The translations under genes and the position numbers were made by a program. Source: Escherichia phage vB_EcoS_NBD2. From it: a stretch of DNA of 51,802 bases. The stretch lies in sequence record NC_031050.1; one strand, written 5' to 3'. Shown in pieces: positions 1 through 8,289 of this stretch; position 1 is the stretch's first letter; every line of letters begins with the position of its first letter. The notes below the pieces were generated by a model, which was not told the DNA's origin, ran no database searches, and saw only the letters and a program-made list of their open reading frames with translations.

Positions 1-9
1 GGGTAACAG

Positions 10-38
10 TTGACAACAACCGCGCTACCAGGCACAAT
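10..38 (+). promoter_or_regulatory. sigma70-like promoter TTGACA-17-CACAAT
   Basis: Hexamers at 10-15 and 33-38, upstream of first + strand gene. Confidence 0.45.
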
Positions 39-69
39 GCAGCCATCCACAACCAAAGGAGAAATAACC

Positions 70-576
70 ATGTCAGAGAGAACGTTAGCAAATATCGTGC
101 GCCACATCGCAACCCAGGCGCTCGCCCATGAAGAGCAGGTGTTGGCCGTGTCATTGCCAGCCATCGTGCAAAACCTCGACCCAGACGGCGCGCCGATGCC
201 AGGCACCGAAGAAATGGATGCAGCCGTTGCCGCGCTCAAAAAGAAGATGACAAAATCATACATCACGATCACCATCAACCGCATGAAGGATGTGCAGGCC
301 GTCAATAAATCTGCCGTCGCCCGATTCTTCACGTGTGACGATCGCGGCGTGGCAATGCTGGAAGTCGGATTTAAGGAAGGCAACACGACACGCGAACGGG
401 GCGCAATCCAAACAGACCGCACGCAGTACAAGCGCGGATATCATGACGGGTTAGACAAGGCGATCGCATTCGTGCCAGATTTCGTGGATTACTCCGACGA
501 GGAAACACTCATCGCTCGCCGCCTCCTGGTGGAAATGCGCGCTCACCTGGCGACGCTCAAGGAAGGTGCAGAATGA
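70..576 (+). CDS. hypothetical early protein
   Basis: ORF 10..576 trimmed to ATG at 70 with RBS aaaggag upstream; the ATG at 10 sits inside the -35 hexamer of the upstream promoter. Confidence 0.55.
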   Translation: MSERTLANIVRHIATQALAHEEQVLAVSLPAIVQNLDPDGAPMPGTEEMDAAVAALKKKMTKSYITITINRMKDVQAVNKSAVARFFTCDDRGVAMLEVGFKEGNTTRERGAIQTDRTQYKRGYHDGLDKAIAFVPDFVDYSDEETLIARRLLVEMRAHLATLKEGAE

Positions 577-779
577 AAAAGCACAGAATCGTTTTAGTCG
601 ATACGGTAACGGCGCTTGGCGATCCGGTCAAGTGGTATGCTGCCCAGGTTCGGGTTGCATTCTTCTGGTGGGTTACGATTCATCACTTTTCACAATTGCG
701 TGATGCGCGTTACTGGTTACACCAGAGCGGGGCAACAAAAAGAATGCTGACGGAAAAAGTGTTAAAGGTAATCGAATAG
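573..779 (+). CDS. hypothetical protein
   Basis: 68-aa ORF, ATGA start/stop overlap with upstream gene. Confidence 0.45.
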   Translation: MKKHRIVLVDTVTALGDPVKWYAAQVRVAFFWWVTIHHFSQLRDARYWLHQSGATKRMLTEKVLKVIE

Positions 780-819
780 CACGAATTGTTAAACGTGCCC
801 GATCTGATTAGGGCATAAT
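777..819 (+). promoter_or_regulatory. motif promoter (TAGCACgaaTTGTTAAAC, 22 nt, CATAAT)
   Basis: Motif 777-794, -10-like 814-819. Confidence 0.55.
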
Positions 820-850
820 GCTTTCACACCAACGAAACGAGGCAACAAAC

Positions 851-1294
851 ATGCAGACTGCAAAACTCTTGGCAATCCTGAAACGCATTGATGACCTGAA
901 CGCACAGATCTTTTCTGGTAGCCTGGAAGGTGACGAACTGACGGCAATCACCAATCACCGCAATCAACTTGCATTGCAGTATATGAACGGTCTGGAAGAG
1001 GTAGAGTTAGTCAAGCCTGGTGAGCGTGTCGTTTCTGGCTTTGCTGCAACCGTCCTGGCAATCCACAAAGAATGCGGAATCCAGTTGCGCTATGCGGCAT
1101 TCATGGCTGATTCATGTGATTACACCATCGTTGGGCGAGGGGCTGAATTCATGGCATGGATTGCCAGCATCAAGGCGAAGTACAAAGAAGCGCATCCAGG
1201 TTGGATGTATGGCGCAGACACGATCGGCAATCAGCACCATTTCACAAGCTATATTGTGTCGGGCGCTTACATGGTCGATAGCACTAATTGCTAA
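851..1294 (+). CDS. hypothetical protein
   Basis: ORF 818..1294, start placed at ATG 851 after RBS aacgagg; preceded by motif promoter 777-819. Confidence 0.55.
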   Translation: MQTAKLLAILKRIDDLNAQIFSGSLEGDELTAITNHRNQLALQYMNGLEEVELVKPGERVVSGFAATVLAIHKECGIQLRYAAFMADSCDYTIVGRGAEFMAWIASIKAKYKEAHPGWMYGADTIGNQHHFTSYIVSGAYMVDSTNC

Positions 1295-1321
1295 AACAAC
1301 AATCAGGGGCTATGCAATAAT
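1279..1321 (+). promoter_or_regulatory. motif promoter (TAGCACtaaTTGCTAAAAC, 22 nt, AATAAT)
   Basis: Motif 1279-1297; -10-like 1316-1321 lies in the loop of hairpin GGGGCTAT/ATAGCCCC. Confidence 0.55.
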
Positions 1322-1350
1322 AGCCCCACACCAAACGAGAAGGAAACACC

Positions 1351-1590
1351 ATGAGCGTCACCATTACGCACACAATGAAAATGCGCGTCGAATCGATGCC
1401 ACTGGAAGCAAGAATCATCGGAGTTTATCAGGGTGATGATCTGGTTGATTTCGTGTTTAAGCCTAATCGCATCGAAGTACACGACGACATAATCACTTTC
1501 CTGGATGCGCACGGCGCACATCGTGGCGAAGGGTTCACGGCGGAGGTGAGCTTTAAGCGCGGAACAATCCTGAAAGTTGAGGTGAAGTGA
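1351..1590 (+). CDS. hypothetical protein
   Basis: 79-aa ORF with RBS gagaagga; preceded by motif promoter. Confidence 0.55.
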   Translation: MSVTITHTMKMRVESMPLEARIIGVYQGDDLVDFVFKPNRIEVHDDIITFLDAHGAHRGEGFTAEVSFKRGTILKVEVK

Positions 1591-1907
1591 TGAAACGATT
1601 TTCACTACTGGCACCAATCGCACTTCTTGCAGCGCTAACCATTGCATTAACCGGATGCGACAACTCAACCCGCGTGCCAGTTGAGCAGCGCGGAAAAGTG
1701 CAGGTTAATACGGCTGAATCAGGCCGCGTGCAGGTTCGCAAGATCAGTGAATTTCGCGACGATCTGGCTTACGATGATTATCGCGGAGTGTACATCATCA
1801 CGGACACCGAAACGGGGCAAGAGTTTATCGGCGTTAGCGGCGTTGGTATCAGTGCGATCGGGCAGCACAATTGCGGTAAAAATTGCTGGCGCAAAGACGA
1901 ACGATAG
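1587..1907 (+). CDS. putative lipoprotein
   Basis: N-terminal signal peptide followed by lipobox-like LTGC; start overlaps stop of upstream gene. Confidence 0.55.
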   Translation: MMKRFSLLAPIALLAALTIALTGCDNSTRVPVEQRGKVQVNTAESGRVQVRKISEFRDDLAYDDYRGVYIITDTETGQEFIGVSGVGISAIGQHNCGKNCWRKDER

Positions 1908-1947
1908 CACGAATTGCTAAAACTCATCATCGGGGCTATGCCATAAT
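1905..1947 (+). promoter_or_regulatory. motif promoter (TAGCACgaaTTGCTAAAAC, 22 nt, CATAAT)
   Basis: Motif 1905-1923, -10-like 1942-1947 within hairpin. Confidence 0.55.
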
Positions 1948-2023
1948 AGCCCCATACACAGCACGGGAGCACAGCGCGATGAATGGCGTCGAGCCTCCCA
2001 CACCAAACGAGAAGGAATAGGAA

Positions 2024-2557
2024 ATGATGTTAGAAATAAAGGCAAGCAAGGTTATCCCTGGGCAGATGATGGCAGTTGTTGGCGAAACCCGAATTGATAT
2101 TCCCGATTGGGTTTATAGCGTGGCGGTAGATGCAGATGGCGAATTGTGGGGCTTCTGCTCAATGGCGGAACCAATGCGCGATGGCGAAGTGTGGAACGAT
2201 CACACCAGCGCCGAACAATCACGCGTTGAGTTGCTGGGAGACTTCAAGGGCGGCGTTGTTGGCTGGGCTGACTCATTGACAGTTATCGATCGCGAGCCGA
2301 AGAAGAAGCCTAAAGCAGATCGCCGCGTGCTTCGTGGTCTGGTTCTGGATAGCATCACGCGCGACGTTGAGGCAGGCGAGTTGGGCGCACGCAATACAGC
2401 GGCAATCATTCGCGATCTGGATGTGGCGACGTTCAACGGCTACACAACGTTAAAGCTTGTGCAGGCATTCGCCCTGGCTGGCTATGATATCCGCAACACT
2501 CACACGATGAAGGCATTCGAAGCCATCGATCGCAAGGTTCAAGAGGCCTGGGCATGA
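2024..2557 (+). CDS. hypothetical protein
   Basis: 177-aa ORF, RBS gaaggaa, preceded by motif promoter. Confidence 0.55.
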   Translation: MMLEIKASKVIPGQMMAVVGETRIDIPDWVYSVAVDADGELWGFCSMAEPMRDGEVWNDHTSAEQSRVELLGDFKGGVVGWADSLTVIDREPKKKPKADRRVLRGLVLDSITRDVEAGELGARNTAAIIRDLDVATFNGYTTLKLVQAFALAGYDIRNTHTMKAFEAIDRKVQEAWA

Positions 2558-2658
2558 GCACGCTCGCACCCATTATCATCACAATCTGCGTGTGCCTCGC
2601 TATCGTCGTGATCTCAAGGCTCATCGTAACGGCTATCCGCATCAAGCGGGATGAATAG
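2554..2658 (+). CDS. small hydrophobic peptide (34 aa)
   Basis: ATG 2554 overlapping upstream stop; translation MSTLAPIIITICVCLAIVVISRLIVTAIRIKRDE is one predicted TM helix; below the ORF-track length cutoff. Confidence 0.35.
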   Translation: MSTLAPIIITICVCLAIVVISRLIVTAIRIKRDE

Positions 2659-2698
2659 CACGAAATGACAAAACGGCTGGCTCACTGATTGGTATACT
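2656..2698 (+). promoter_or_regulatory. motif promoter, degenerate (TAGCACgaaATGACAAAAC, 22 nt, TGgTATACT)
   Basis: Motif 2656-2674, extended -10 2690-2698. Confidence 0.5.
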
Positions 2699-2729
2699 TC
2701 TTTCCATACCAACACAGGAGCCAGTTACC

Positions 2730-2915
2730 ATGCAATACAAAACGATTTACACCCACTGCGGCAAGGCCTTTACAGCTAACGCTGACTCAATCGAATATCT
2801 GCCCTGGTTCGGCGTATGGAAGATGTGGAAAATCACATCAAGCGGATATGAAGAGTACTACCTCCGCAAGATGTATGTTGCCGAAGTCATTGAGCATGAC
2901 GAATTTTTCAACTAA
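2730..2915 (+). CDS. hypothetical protein
   Basis: 61-aa ORF, RBS aggag, preceded by motif promoter. Confidence 0.5.
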   Translation: MQYKTIYTHCGKAFTANADSIEYLPWFGVWKMWKITSSGYEEYYLRKMYVAEVIEHDEFFN

Positions 2916-2955
2916 TCACCAATCAGGGGCGCAAGCCCCTTTCAAGGAATAATCC

Positions 2956-3333
2956 ATGAAACGCATTAAAGTTAAATGCCTGGCAGTTGACCGTTACATT
3001 TCCGAGTTTTACACCCCTGGCAAGTGGTACACCCTGGAAGTTATTGAAAAGCTGGATATTGCCCAGCAGACCCGCGAGATTCCAACCGATCGCGATGGTT
3101 GCTCACTTCGTGTTAGCCGTGAGCGCGGCGACAATTACCGCTATCGTGTTGCGGGCTATGAAGGCACGCTGTTTGACTCGAAGCCGTGGCGCTTCCGCAA
3201 GAAGAATCATTTTTGCGTTGATATCGACTACAGCAAATGCGCTCGCTCAATCCGTCGCCAGGCTCGCAACGTAGCCAAAGAGCTTTATTCGTGCGGCAAT
3301 CTGGAGAAGATCGCGCGCAGCTATGGAAAATAG
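2956..3333 (+). CDS. hypothetical protein
   Basis: 125-aa ORF, RBS aagga. Confidence 0.55.
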   Translation: MKRIKVKCLAVDRYISEFYTPGKWYTLEVIEKLDIAQQTREIPTDRDGCSLRVSRERGDNYRYRVAGYEGTLFDSKPWRFRKKNHFCVDIDYSKCARSIRRQARNVAKELYSCGNLEKIARSYGK

Positions 3334-3373
3334 CACTTTTTGTTAAAACGCCGAATCGGGGTTGCGCTATAGT
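3331..3373 (+). promoter_or_regulatory. motif promoter (TAGCACtttTTGTTAAAAC, 22 nt, TATAGT)
   Basis: Motif 3331-3349, -10 3368-3373. Confidence 0.55.
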
Positions 3374-3404
3374 AACCCCATCAACAACGAACGAGGAAAT
3401 GCAA

Positions 3405-3620
3405 ATGCGCCTTTTATGCACATTCAGCCAAACGAAAAATTTCGTTGCTGGCAAGGAGTACGAAAGCGAAGTTGTACGGCGTTGCGGGATGGATTTCAAC
3501 GAGGTTAAGGGTGAAAGCGGCTTTCCCGTATGCCTTCAGCCTGGCGATAGCGCCCGCGATGTATCAGCTTTTTCCGGTCACAAACTGTTAGCGGACTTTC
3601 AACCAGTAGAGGATCAGTAA
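3405..3620 (+). CDS. hypothetical protein
   Basis: ORF 3237..3620 trimmed to ATG 3405 downstream of RBS gagga and motif promoter 3331-3373. Confidence 0.45.
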   Translation: MRLLCTFSQTKNFVAGKEYESEVVRRCGMDFNEVKGESGFPVCLQPGDSARDVSAFSGHKLLADFQPVEDQ

Positions 3621-3622
3621 TA

Positions 3623-3901
3623 ATGGAACGTTTTATCAAGATCAAATCGGATGGCGGTTATCACCTGGCGGCTGGCATGGAGGGCTGCATTGTTCGCCTG
3701 AAAGATATGCTGGGAGGCTTGGCGGTTGTTCATGCTCCAACGCTGGGGCTTTACTGCAAGCCTGAAAATAGTTTCCTTGCGAAACCTTTGGGCGTAACTG
3801 GCGAGCCTAATGATTACTTTTTCGGCACGGAAATGTATGAAGAGGTTGAAAACCCGTTCGCGCACTGGAATAAGATTAAGGGGGCACCTTGCGCAAGCTA
3901 A
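3623..3901 (+). CDS. hypothetical protein
   Basis: 92-aa ORF immediately after previous stop. Confidence 0.5.
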   Translation: MERFIKIKSDGGYHLAAGMEGCIVRLKDMLGGLAVVHAPTLGLYCKPENSFLAKPLGVTGEPNDYFFGTEMYEEVENPFAHWNKIKGAPCAS

Positions 3902-4131
3902 CCCGCGATGAAGAGCGTTTTAAATCGTGTCTCAAGAAGAGCAAGAGCAAAACCATTCACCTTTCAACGAATGGATCTCAACTCTTCTGGTACTTCAAGG
4001 ATGTTGATCAGACGGGCTGGCATCCTGAAACCATCACGGATCTGATCCGCGATGACCTTATTCAAATCAGGCTCATGGTTGGCGGCGGCGCTGGTGTCGC
4101 ATACTACCAGGGCATAACTTGGAGTAAGTGA
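3889..4131 (+). CDS. hypothetical protein (possible TTG start)
   Basis: ORF begins at TTG 3889 with strong RBS aaggggg 6 nt upstream; no in-frame ATG near the start. Confidence 0.35.
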   Translation: MRKLTRDEERFKSCLKKSKSKTIHLSTNGSQLFWYFKDVDQTGWHPETITDLIRDDLIQIRLMVGGGAGVAYYQGITWSK

Positions 4132-4132
4132 A

Positions 4133-4339
4133 ATGCAGATCTACACATCGCCAGGCGGCGCGCAATATCTTGTTTTTCGCGGGCTGGTATATTTCAAGCC
4201 AGTAGACGGCGGCGAGGTTAGAATGTCAGATATGGGGGTTGGTCGATTCCTTGACCTGATCGCCAAAGGATTCATGACATACAGCCGCACCGTCAACCCA
4301 GCATTAGCGTATAGGCCGGAGCACTGGAAACAGCACTAA
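4133..4339 (+). CDS. hypothetical protein
   Basis: 68-aa ORF directly after upstream stop. Confidence 0.45.
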   Translation: MQIYTSPGGAQYLVFRGLVYFKPVDGGEVRMSDMGVGRFLDLIAKGFMTYSRTVNPALAYRPEHWKQH

Positions 4340-4373
4340 TTGCTAAAACTTGCCCAGGGGCATTTGATAGAAT
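4331..4373 (+). promoter_or_regulatory. motif promoter (CAGCACtaaTTGCTAAAAC, 22 nt, TAGAAT)
   Basis: Motif 4331-4349, -10 4368-4373. Confidence 0.5.
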
Positions 4374-4413
4374 GCCTCTCATCAAGTTAACGCAACCAAC
4401 AAACGAGGCAGTT

Positions 4414-5004
4414 ATGACTATTCAACGATACACAATGCGAAGTGTAAATGGAGAGCCTGAAATGGTGGCTCACGGCGCAGGGGCGTATGTAACCTACGCA
4501 TCACACGCCGAAGAATTGCTCCGCGTACAGGGCGAATTAGACGCCTTAAAAGACGGCTTAAAACGTCAAATTTTCGCGCCACTTGAAAAAGCCATGATGA
4601 ATGCGCTTATTAAAACAGCAATGCAGGCAACGCATACCGTCTACACCGTCAACCCATGCGACAAGCTGACTTCCGAGCGAGTGCGTGAAATTATGGATGC
4701 CCAGATCGGAGCGGGGGTAATCAGCCTGGCGGAAGTTGAAGAGCGCGGTTTCGCAACTGGCGGATTTATGGCAATCCCAATAACACGACCAGATCCAGAA
4801 TCCCTGCTTTGCATCAAATCGGACGCCAAAAGCTTCAAGGCTGGAGAGTCTTACCAGTGCGAGGCCAACAAAGACGGCGCTTTGTTCGTAACGCAAGATG
4901 AATTCGTTTCCGATCTGAATGAAGATGATTACTGGCACGTCACGGACGGCGGCGCGTATTACATCGTCGAAACGATCGCGGGTAATGCCTACTTTAAGAA
5001 GTAG
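4414..5004 (+). CDS. hypothetical protein
   Basis: ORF 4372..5004 trimmed to ATG 4414 after RBS aacgagg; preceded by motif promoter. Confidence 0.55.
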   Translation: MTIQRYTMRSVNGEPEMVAHGAGAYVTYASHAEELLRVQGELDALKDGLKRQIFAPLEKAMMNALIKTAMQATHTVYTVNPCDKLTSERVREIMDAQIGAGVISLAEVEERGFATGGFMAIPITRPDPESLLCIKSDAKSFKAGESYQCEANKDGALFVTQDEFVSDLNEDDYWHVTDGGAYYIVETIAGNAYFKK

Positions 5005-5044
5005 CACTTTTTGTTAAACGGGCACGTGTGCTGACTGGTATCAT
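5002..5044 (+). promoter_or_regulatory. motif promoter (TAGCACtttTTGTTAAAC, 22 nt, TGgTATCAT)
   Basis: Motif 5002-5019, extended -10 5036-5044. Confidence 0.55.
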
Positions 5045-5075
5045 GTGCCCACACCAACCAAATGGAGAGGCACCA

Positions 5076-5705
5076 ATGAATGCACTTTACAGCCATATCA
5101 AGCGCCACATTGAGCAGCGCCCGAACAAGCCAGTTTTCATCTTTGACTTTGACGGCACCTTGTCTGACGGATCGCACCGCCTGGACAGACTGCCAACCGA
5201 AAACCTTCACCTTACTGAATCATGGCAGGAGTTTAACGAGCTTTCGGCATTTGATGCGCCGTTTGAGGACACCATTCAGGTGATGAAGGCTTGTTATCAA
5301 TTCGGCACCGTCATTATTTTGACAGGCCGCAGCGATTCGGTGCTTAATCTTTCCGTTCAATGGTTGCTTGACAATGACGCTGATTATTATGATTTCCTGG
5401 TGATGCGCGAGGCAACCGATAACCGAAAAGACACGATCATCAAAGAAGAGTTTTTGCGCTTCATTGGACTTCATCGCATTACCGCCGCCTGGGATGATAG
5501 CCCGAAAGTTATCGAGCATTTCCGAGGCCTGGGCATCACAACTTATCAGGTTTGCGACTACGGCGACAACGTTCACGCTGGCTTGAAGTCTCACGGAGTA
5601 AGCGAGCTTAAGGCGGAGTGCGATCACATCTGGGAGCGTCACAGCACTGGTGACGATTATTATGATTGCTGCGTCAGTTGCGGCAAATCGAAGGGGATTA
5701 AATAA
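5076..5705 (+). CDS. HAD-superfamily phosphatase (nucleotidase or polynucleotide 3-prime-phosphatase-like)
   Basis: HAD motif I FIFDFDGTL near N-terminus; ORF 5028..5705 trimmed to ATG 5076 after RBS ggagagg. Confidence 0.6.
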   Translation: MNALYSHIKRHIEQRPNKPVFIFDFDGTLSDGSHRLDRLPTENLHLTESWQEFNELSAFDAPFEDTIQVMKACYQFGTVIILTGRSDSVLNLSVQWLLDNDADYYDFLVMREATDNRKDTIIKEEFLRFIGLHRITAAWDDSPKVIEHFRGLGITTYQVCDYGDNVHAGLKSHGVSELKAECDHIWERHSTGDDYYDCCVSCGKSKGIK

Positions 5706-5707
5706 CA

Positions 5708-6325
5708 ATGGCAACCATCATCATTTTGAACGCGCCACCGCGCGCGGGTAAAGACACGATCGCGAGCATTATCAATGAGCAATACGGCTTGCAGGTTGTG
5801 AGCTTTAAAACGCAGATGTTCAACATCGCTCGCGCCATCCTGGGCGGCGCTGATTTCGAAAACCCATTCATGCGGGTTTACAATACCGACGAGAAAGACA
5901 CGCGCAAGCTTGATTGCCTGGGAGGGATGACTTGCCGCGAGTTCATGATCTGGATTAGCGAAACCATCGTGAAACCGAAGTTCGGGAAAAAGCATTTCGG
6001 CTGGCTTATGGCTGACCTTCTCACCGAAATGGAAGCAGATCAGGATCTGACGATTTGCAGCGATGGCGGATTCCCTGACGAAGTGGAGGCGCTTATTGAT
6101 TGCGGTCACAAAGTCAAGCTGGTACGTATGCACCGTGAAGGCTTCGACTTCGGCAATGATAGCCGCGATTACATTAATCTTTCGCCGGAGTATCTCGCGA
6201 AGCCTGGCGTTGAGGTTATGGATCTTAAGTTGCAGCACGGCTCGCCGCAAGATGCAGCCGATACGATCGCCGCAATGTTCGTGCGCCCTCATCATGTCGA
6301 TTGGTCTGATGATATTCCCTGGTAA
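5708..6325 (+). CDS. deoxynucleoside monophosphate kinase-like P-loop kinase
   Basis: N-terminal P-loop NAPPRAGKDT resembling the T4 gene 1 dNMP kinase P-loop (SGKDT); 2 nt after the phosphatase stop. Confidence 0.55.
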   Translation: MATIIILNAPPRAGKDTIASIINEQYGLQVVSFKTQMFNIARAILGGADFENPFMRVYNTDEKDTRKLDCLGGMTCREFMIWISETIVKPKFGKKHFGWLMADLLTEMEADQDLTICSDGGFPDEVEALIDCGHKVKLVRMHREGFDFGNDSRDYINLSPEYLAKPGVEVMDLKLQHGSPQDAADTIAAMFVRPHHVDWSDDIPW

Positions 6326-6326
6326 A

Positions 6327-6369
6327 TAGCACTTTTTGTTAAACCCTCTTCGGAGGGTTTTGTTATAGT
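6327..6369 (+). promoter_or_regulatory. motif promoter overlapping a terminator hairpin (22 nt, TATAGT)
   Basis: Motif 6327-6344, hairpin CCCTC-ttcg-GAGGG 6344-6357, -10 6364-6369. Confidence 0.55.
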
Positions 6370-6400
6370 TACTCCATCGAAACGAAACGGAGCGACGGAA

Positions 6401-6625
6401 ATGATTAAGTCAATCAAAGTTAAGTGCATCAAGTCAACTGGCGGCGCATTCATGAAAGGCCAGATCTACAACGCAAGCATGAGTGATGGGGATTGGTGCG
6501 TTAAAGGGGTTGATGATTACAGCTACACAACGTTACGCGGAATGTGGGGAACTATCTACTATTGCAGCCTTGACCGCAAAGTAAGATTCACCTTTGAACC
6601 AGTAGAAAAAGAGGATTTAGAATAA
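6401..6625 (+). CDS. hypothetical protein
   Basis: 74-aa ORF, RBS ggagcgacggaa, preceded by motif promoter. Confidence 0.5.
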   Translation: MIKSIKVKCIKSTGGAFMKGQIYNASMSDGDWCVKGVDDYSYTTLRGMWGTIYYCSLDRKVRFTFEPVEKEDLE

Positions 6626-6915
6626 TGTCTATGAACGCAATCGCAAATATCACCGTTGACCTGAAAGCAAAGATTCAGTACACGATCCCAGAATCCGGCA
6701 CTTTCCTTTTCGCATGGGCTTACCGCGATCAGCCGTTCGCCGCTACTTATCAATGGCGCTCTGGTGAGCTTGCCGTGATGACGGATTCAGGTTACGAGAT
6801 CGCAGGAGTTGGCGCAGCGGAAGAGTATTACCCGCTTCCAGATCTCAATCGCATCGTTGCTGGCGAAGATACCGCATCAAAATTCATCGCTATCGTGGTG
6901 ATCGATGCAGCATGA
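6625..6915 (+). CDS. hypothetical protein
   Basis: 96-aa ORF, start overlapping upstream stop. Confidence 0.5.
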   Translation: MSMNAIANITVDLKAKIQYTIPESGTFLFAWAYRDQPFAATYQWRSGELAVMTDSGYEIAGVGAAEEYYPLPDLNRIVAGEDTASKFIAIVVIDAA

Positions 6916-7183
6916 AAAGGCCAACATTTCACGAAGCAATGATTATTGCTTTACTTATGCTTACGAGCGCGGCGGCATTACGCGCAATCTTATTCTTCGC
7001 ATTCATACAGGGCGCAAAATGAAAACTTTCCTGATCTTCATGGCTGGCTCAATCATGCTGACAGCAACAACCGAAGGCGTAACGCCGTTAATCGCAGGCG
7101 GCCTTATCGCCTGGGCTTATTACCGCTGCGGGCACGATGACGGATTCAAGGCCGGAAAGCGAAACATCTTAACTGGCAAATAG
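6905..7183 (+). CDS. hypothetical protein, possibly membrane
   Basis: 92-aa ORF with hydrophobic C-terminal half; start uncertain (alternative ATG about 7019). Confidence 0.35.
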   Translation: MQHEKANISRSNDYCFTYAYERGGITRNLILRIHTGRKMKTFLIFMAGSIMLTATTEGVTPLIAGGLIAWAYYRCGHDDGFKAGKRNILTGK

Positions 7184-7223
7184 CACGATTTGTTAAAAGG
7201 GCATTCATCCTGATTGGTATAAT
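7181..7223 (+). promoter_or_regulatory. motif promoter (TAGCACgatTTGTTAAAAG, 22 nt, TGgTATAAT)
   Basis: Motif 7181-7199, extended -10 7215-7223. Confidence 0.6.
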
Positions 7224-7253
7224 GCCCACATCAACCACGTAGAGGAATAAATC

Positions 7254-7715
7254 ATGAAACAAGTTGCAATTTGTACTCACTCAATCACCCGCGATTTCGT
7301 TGTTGGCGAATCGTATGAAATCAAGCCAAAAAACGGCGGGCGCGGCTTTTACGTTGGCGGTAACTGGACGGGCTACGCATACGACAGCGAAACCCCCGAT
7401 TTAATCGACGTGCGCGGCGTTAACAGGACGATTGCCAGCTTCAACAAGGGAATCGCACGCAAGAAAAAAAGCCTTCTCAAAATGCTTGTGCGTGCGCATG
7501 TGGTGTATGCAAAATCGCGTGGATGGGGTGATAGCAAAAACGGCGCTCATAAATCCTGGAGCGGCACGCCATACAAGAGCGCGCACGATTGGGCGCGTTG
7601 CTTTGCCCTGGGCTATGACCTAAAAGCGATTGAGCAGGACGCGGAAGCGGAAGGCCAGCCAGTTGATCAGGAGTTCGTAAACTGGTTCGTTGATGAGCAG
7701 ATGAGTTATTATTGA
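7254..7715 (+). CDS. hypothetical protein
   Basis: 153-aa ORF, RBS agaggaa, preceded by motif promoter. Confidence 0.55.
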   Translation: MKQVAICTHSITRDFVVGESYEIKPKNGGRGFYVGGNWTGYAYDSETPDLIDVRGVNRTIASFNKGIARKKKSLLKMLVRAHVVYAKSRGWGDSKNGAHKSWSGTPYKSAHDWARCFALGYDLKAIEQDAEAEGQPVDQEFVNWFVDEQMSYY

Positions 7716-7740
7716 TTGCTGGCGCGAAGTCCTGCATAAT
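7712..7740 (+). promoter_or_regulatory. canonical sigma70-like promoter TTGATT-17-CATAAT (no motif)
   Basis: Hexamers 7712-7717 and 7735-7740. Confidence 0.5.
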
Positions 7741-7786
7741 GCGGGGCTTCATTCAAGCAACCACAAACCAATCAGAGGAAATCACC

Positions 7787-8218
7787 ATGAAATTACGTTG
7801 CCTTTTTGTTTCAACCTCCATGTATTCCGCCGTAGCCGCTCGCCTGTTTGATGTTGGCGCGGAGTATCTGGCAAAGCCTCGCCCTGGTTCGCAGATTGAG
7901 GCGGTCGATATCATCACCAAAAACCCAGCGCGAGAGGGTAACGTTGTGTTAACCGGATTCGTGAACGAGTACACCGGAAACGTTGACATCGTGGCTGGTG
8001 GTGGAATTGTCGCCACTTTCACAAGTCCGAAGGCATCGCGCCTGGCCAAGTCAGAAAAGCGAGTGCCACACAAAGCAGACGGCACGGGGCAAACTGACAA
8101 GCGCCGTTTCCGCCGCGTTTGCCGCCAGTATTGCAAACTTCGCTTCATCAACCCTGCGTTTACGTGCCCAGAGTCACACCGCCAAATGCAAAAGCTGGCG
8201 CAATTCCACCGCCGATAG
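7787..8218 (+). CDS. hypothetical protein
   Basis: ORF 7712..8218 trimmed to ATG 7787 after RBS agaggaa; preceded by canonical sigma70-like promoter. Confidence 0.5.
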   Translation: MKLRCLFVSTSMYSAVAARLFDVGAEYLAKPRPGSQIEAVDIITKNPAREGNVVLTGFVNEYTGNVDIVAGGGIVATFTSPKASRLAKSEKRVPHKADGTGQTDKRRFRRVCRQYCKLRFINPAFTCPESHRQMQKLAQFHRR

Positions 8219-8258
8219 CACGAATTGCTAAAACTCCCCTGGGGTAAGCTGTTATAGT
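8216..8258 (+). promoter_or_regulatory. motif promoter (TAGCACgaaTTGCTAAAAC, 22 nt, TATAGT)
   Basis: Motif 8216-8234, -10 8253-8258. Confidence 0.55.
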
Positions 8259-8289
8259 TACCCCATCAAAACAAACCGGAGCAGCAAAA

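Noticed and set aside
10-69. Upstream extensions of several ORF-track entries (10..69, 818..850, 3237..3404, 4372..4413, 5028..5075, 9456..9524, 31217..31276)
   Set aside because: The extensions run through promoter hexamers, the motif, or the tRNA, and a better-placed ATG with an RBS exists downstream in each case.
777-794. Reading the TTGCTA/TTGTTA half of the motif as the canonical -35 hexamer
   Set aside because: It lies 22 nt, not 16-18 nt, upstream of the -10 hexamer in essentially every copy, so it sits at -40 to -35; the canonical -35 slot is occupied by AAAACn.
5076-6325. Interpreting the HAD phosphatase plus kinase pair as a split polynucleotide kinase-phosphatase RNA repair system
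   Set aside because: The kinase N-terminus resembles the dNMP kinase P-loop (T4 gene 1 type) rather than the polynucleotide kinase P-loop, so a nucleotide metabolism role is more parsimonious; the alternative stays untested.
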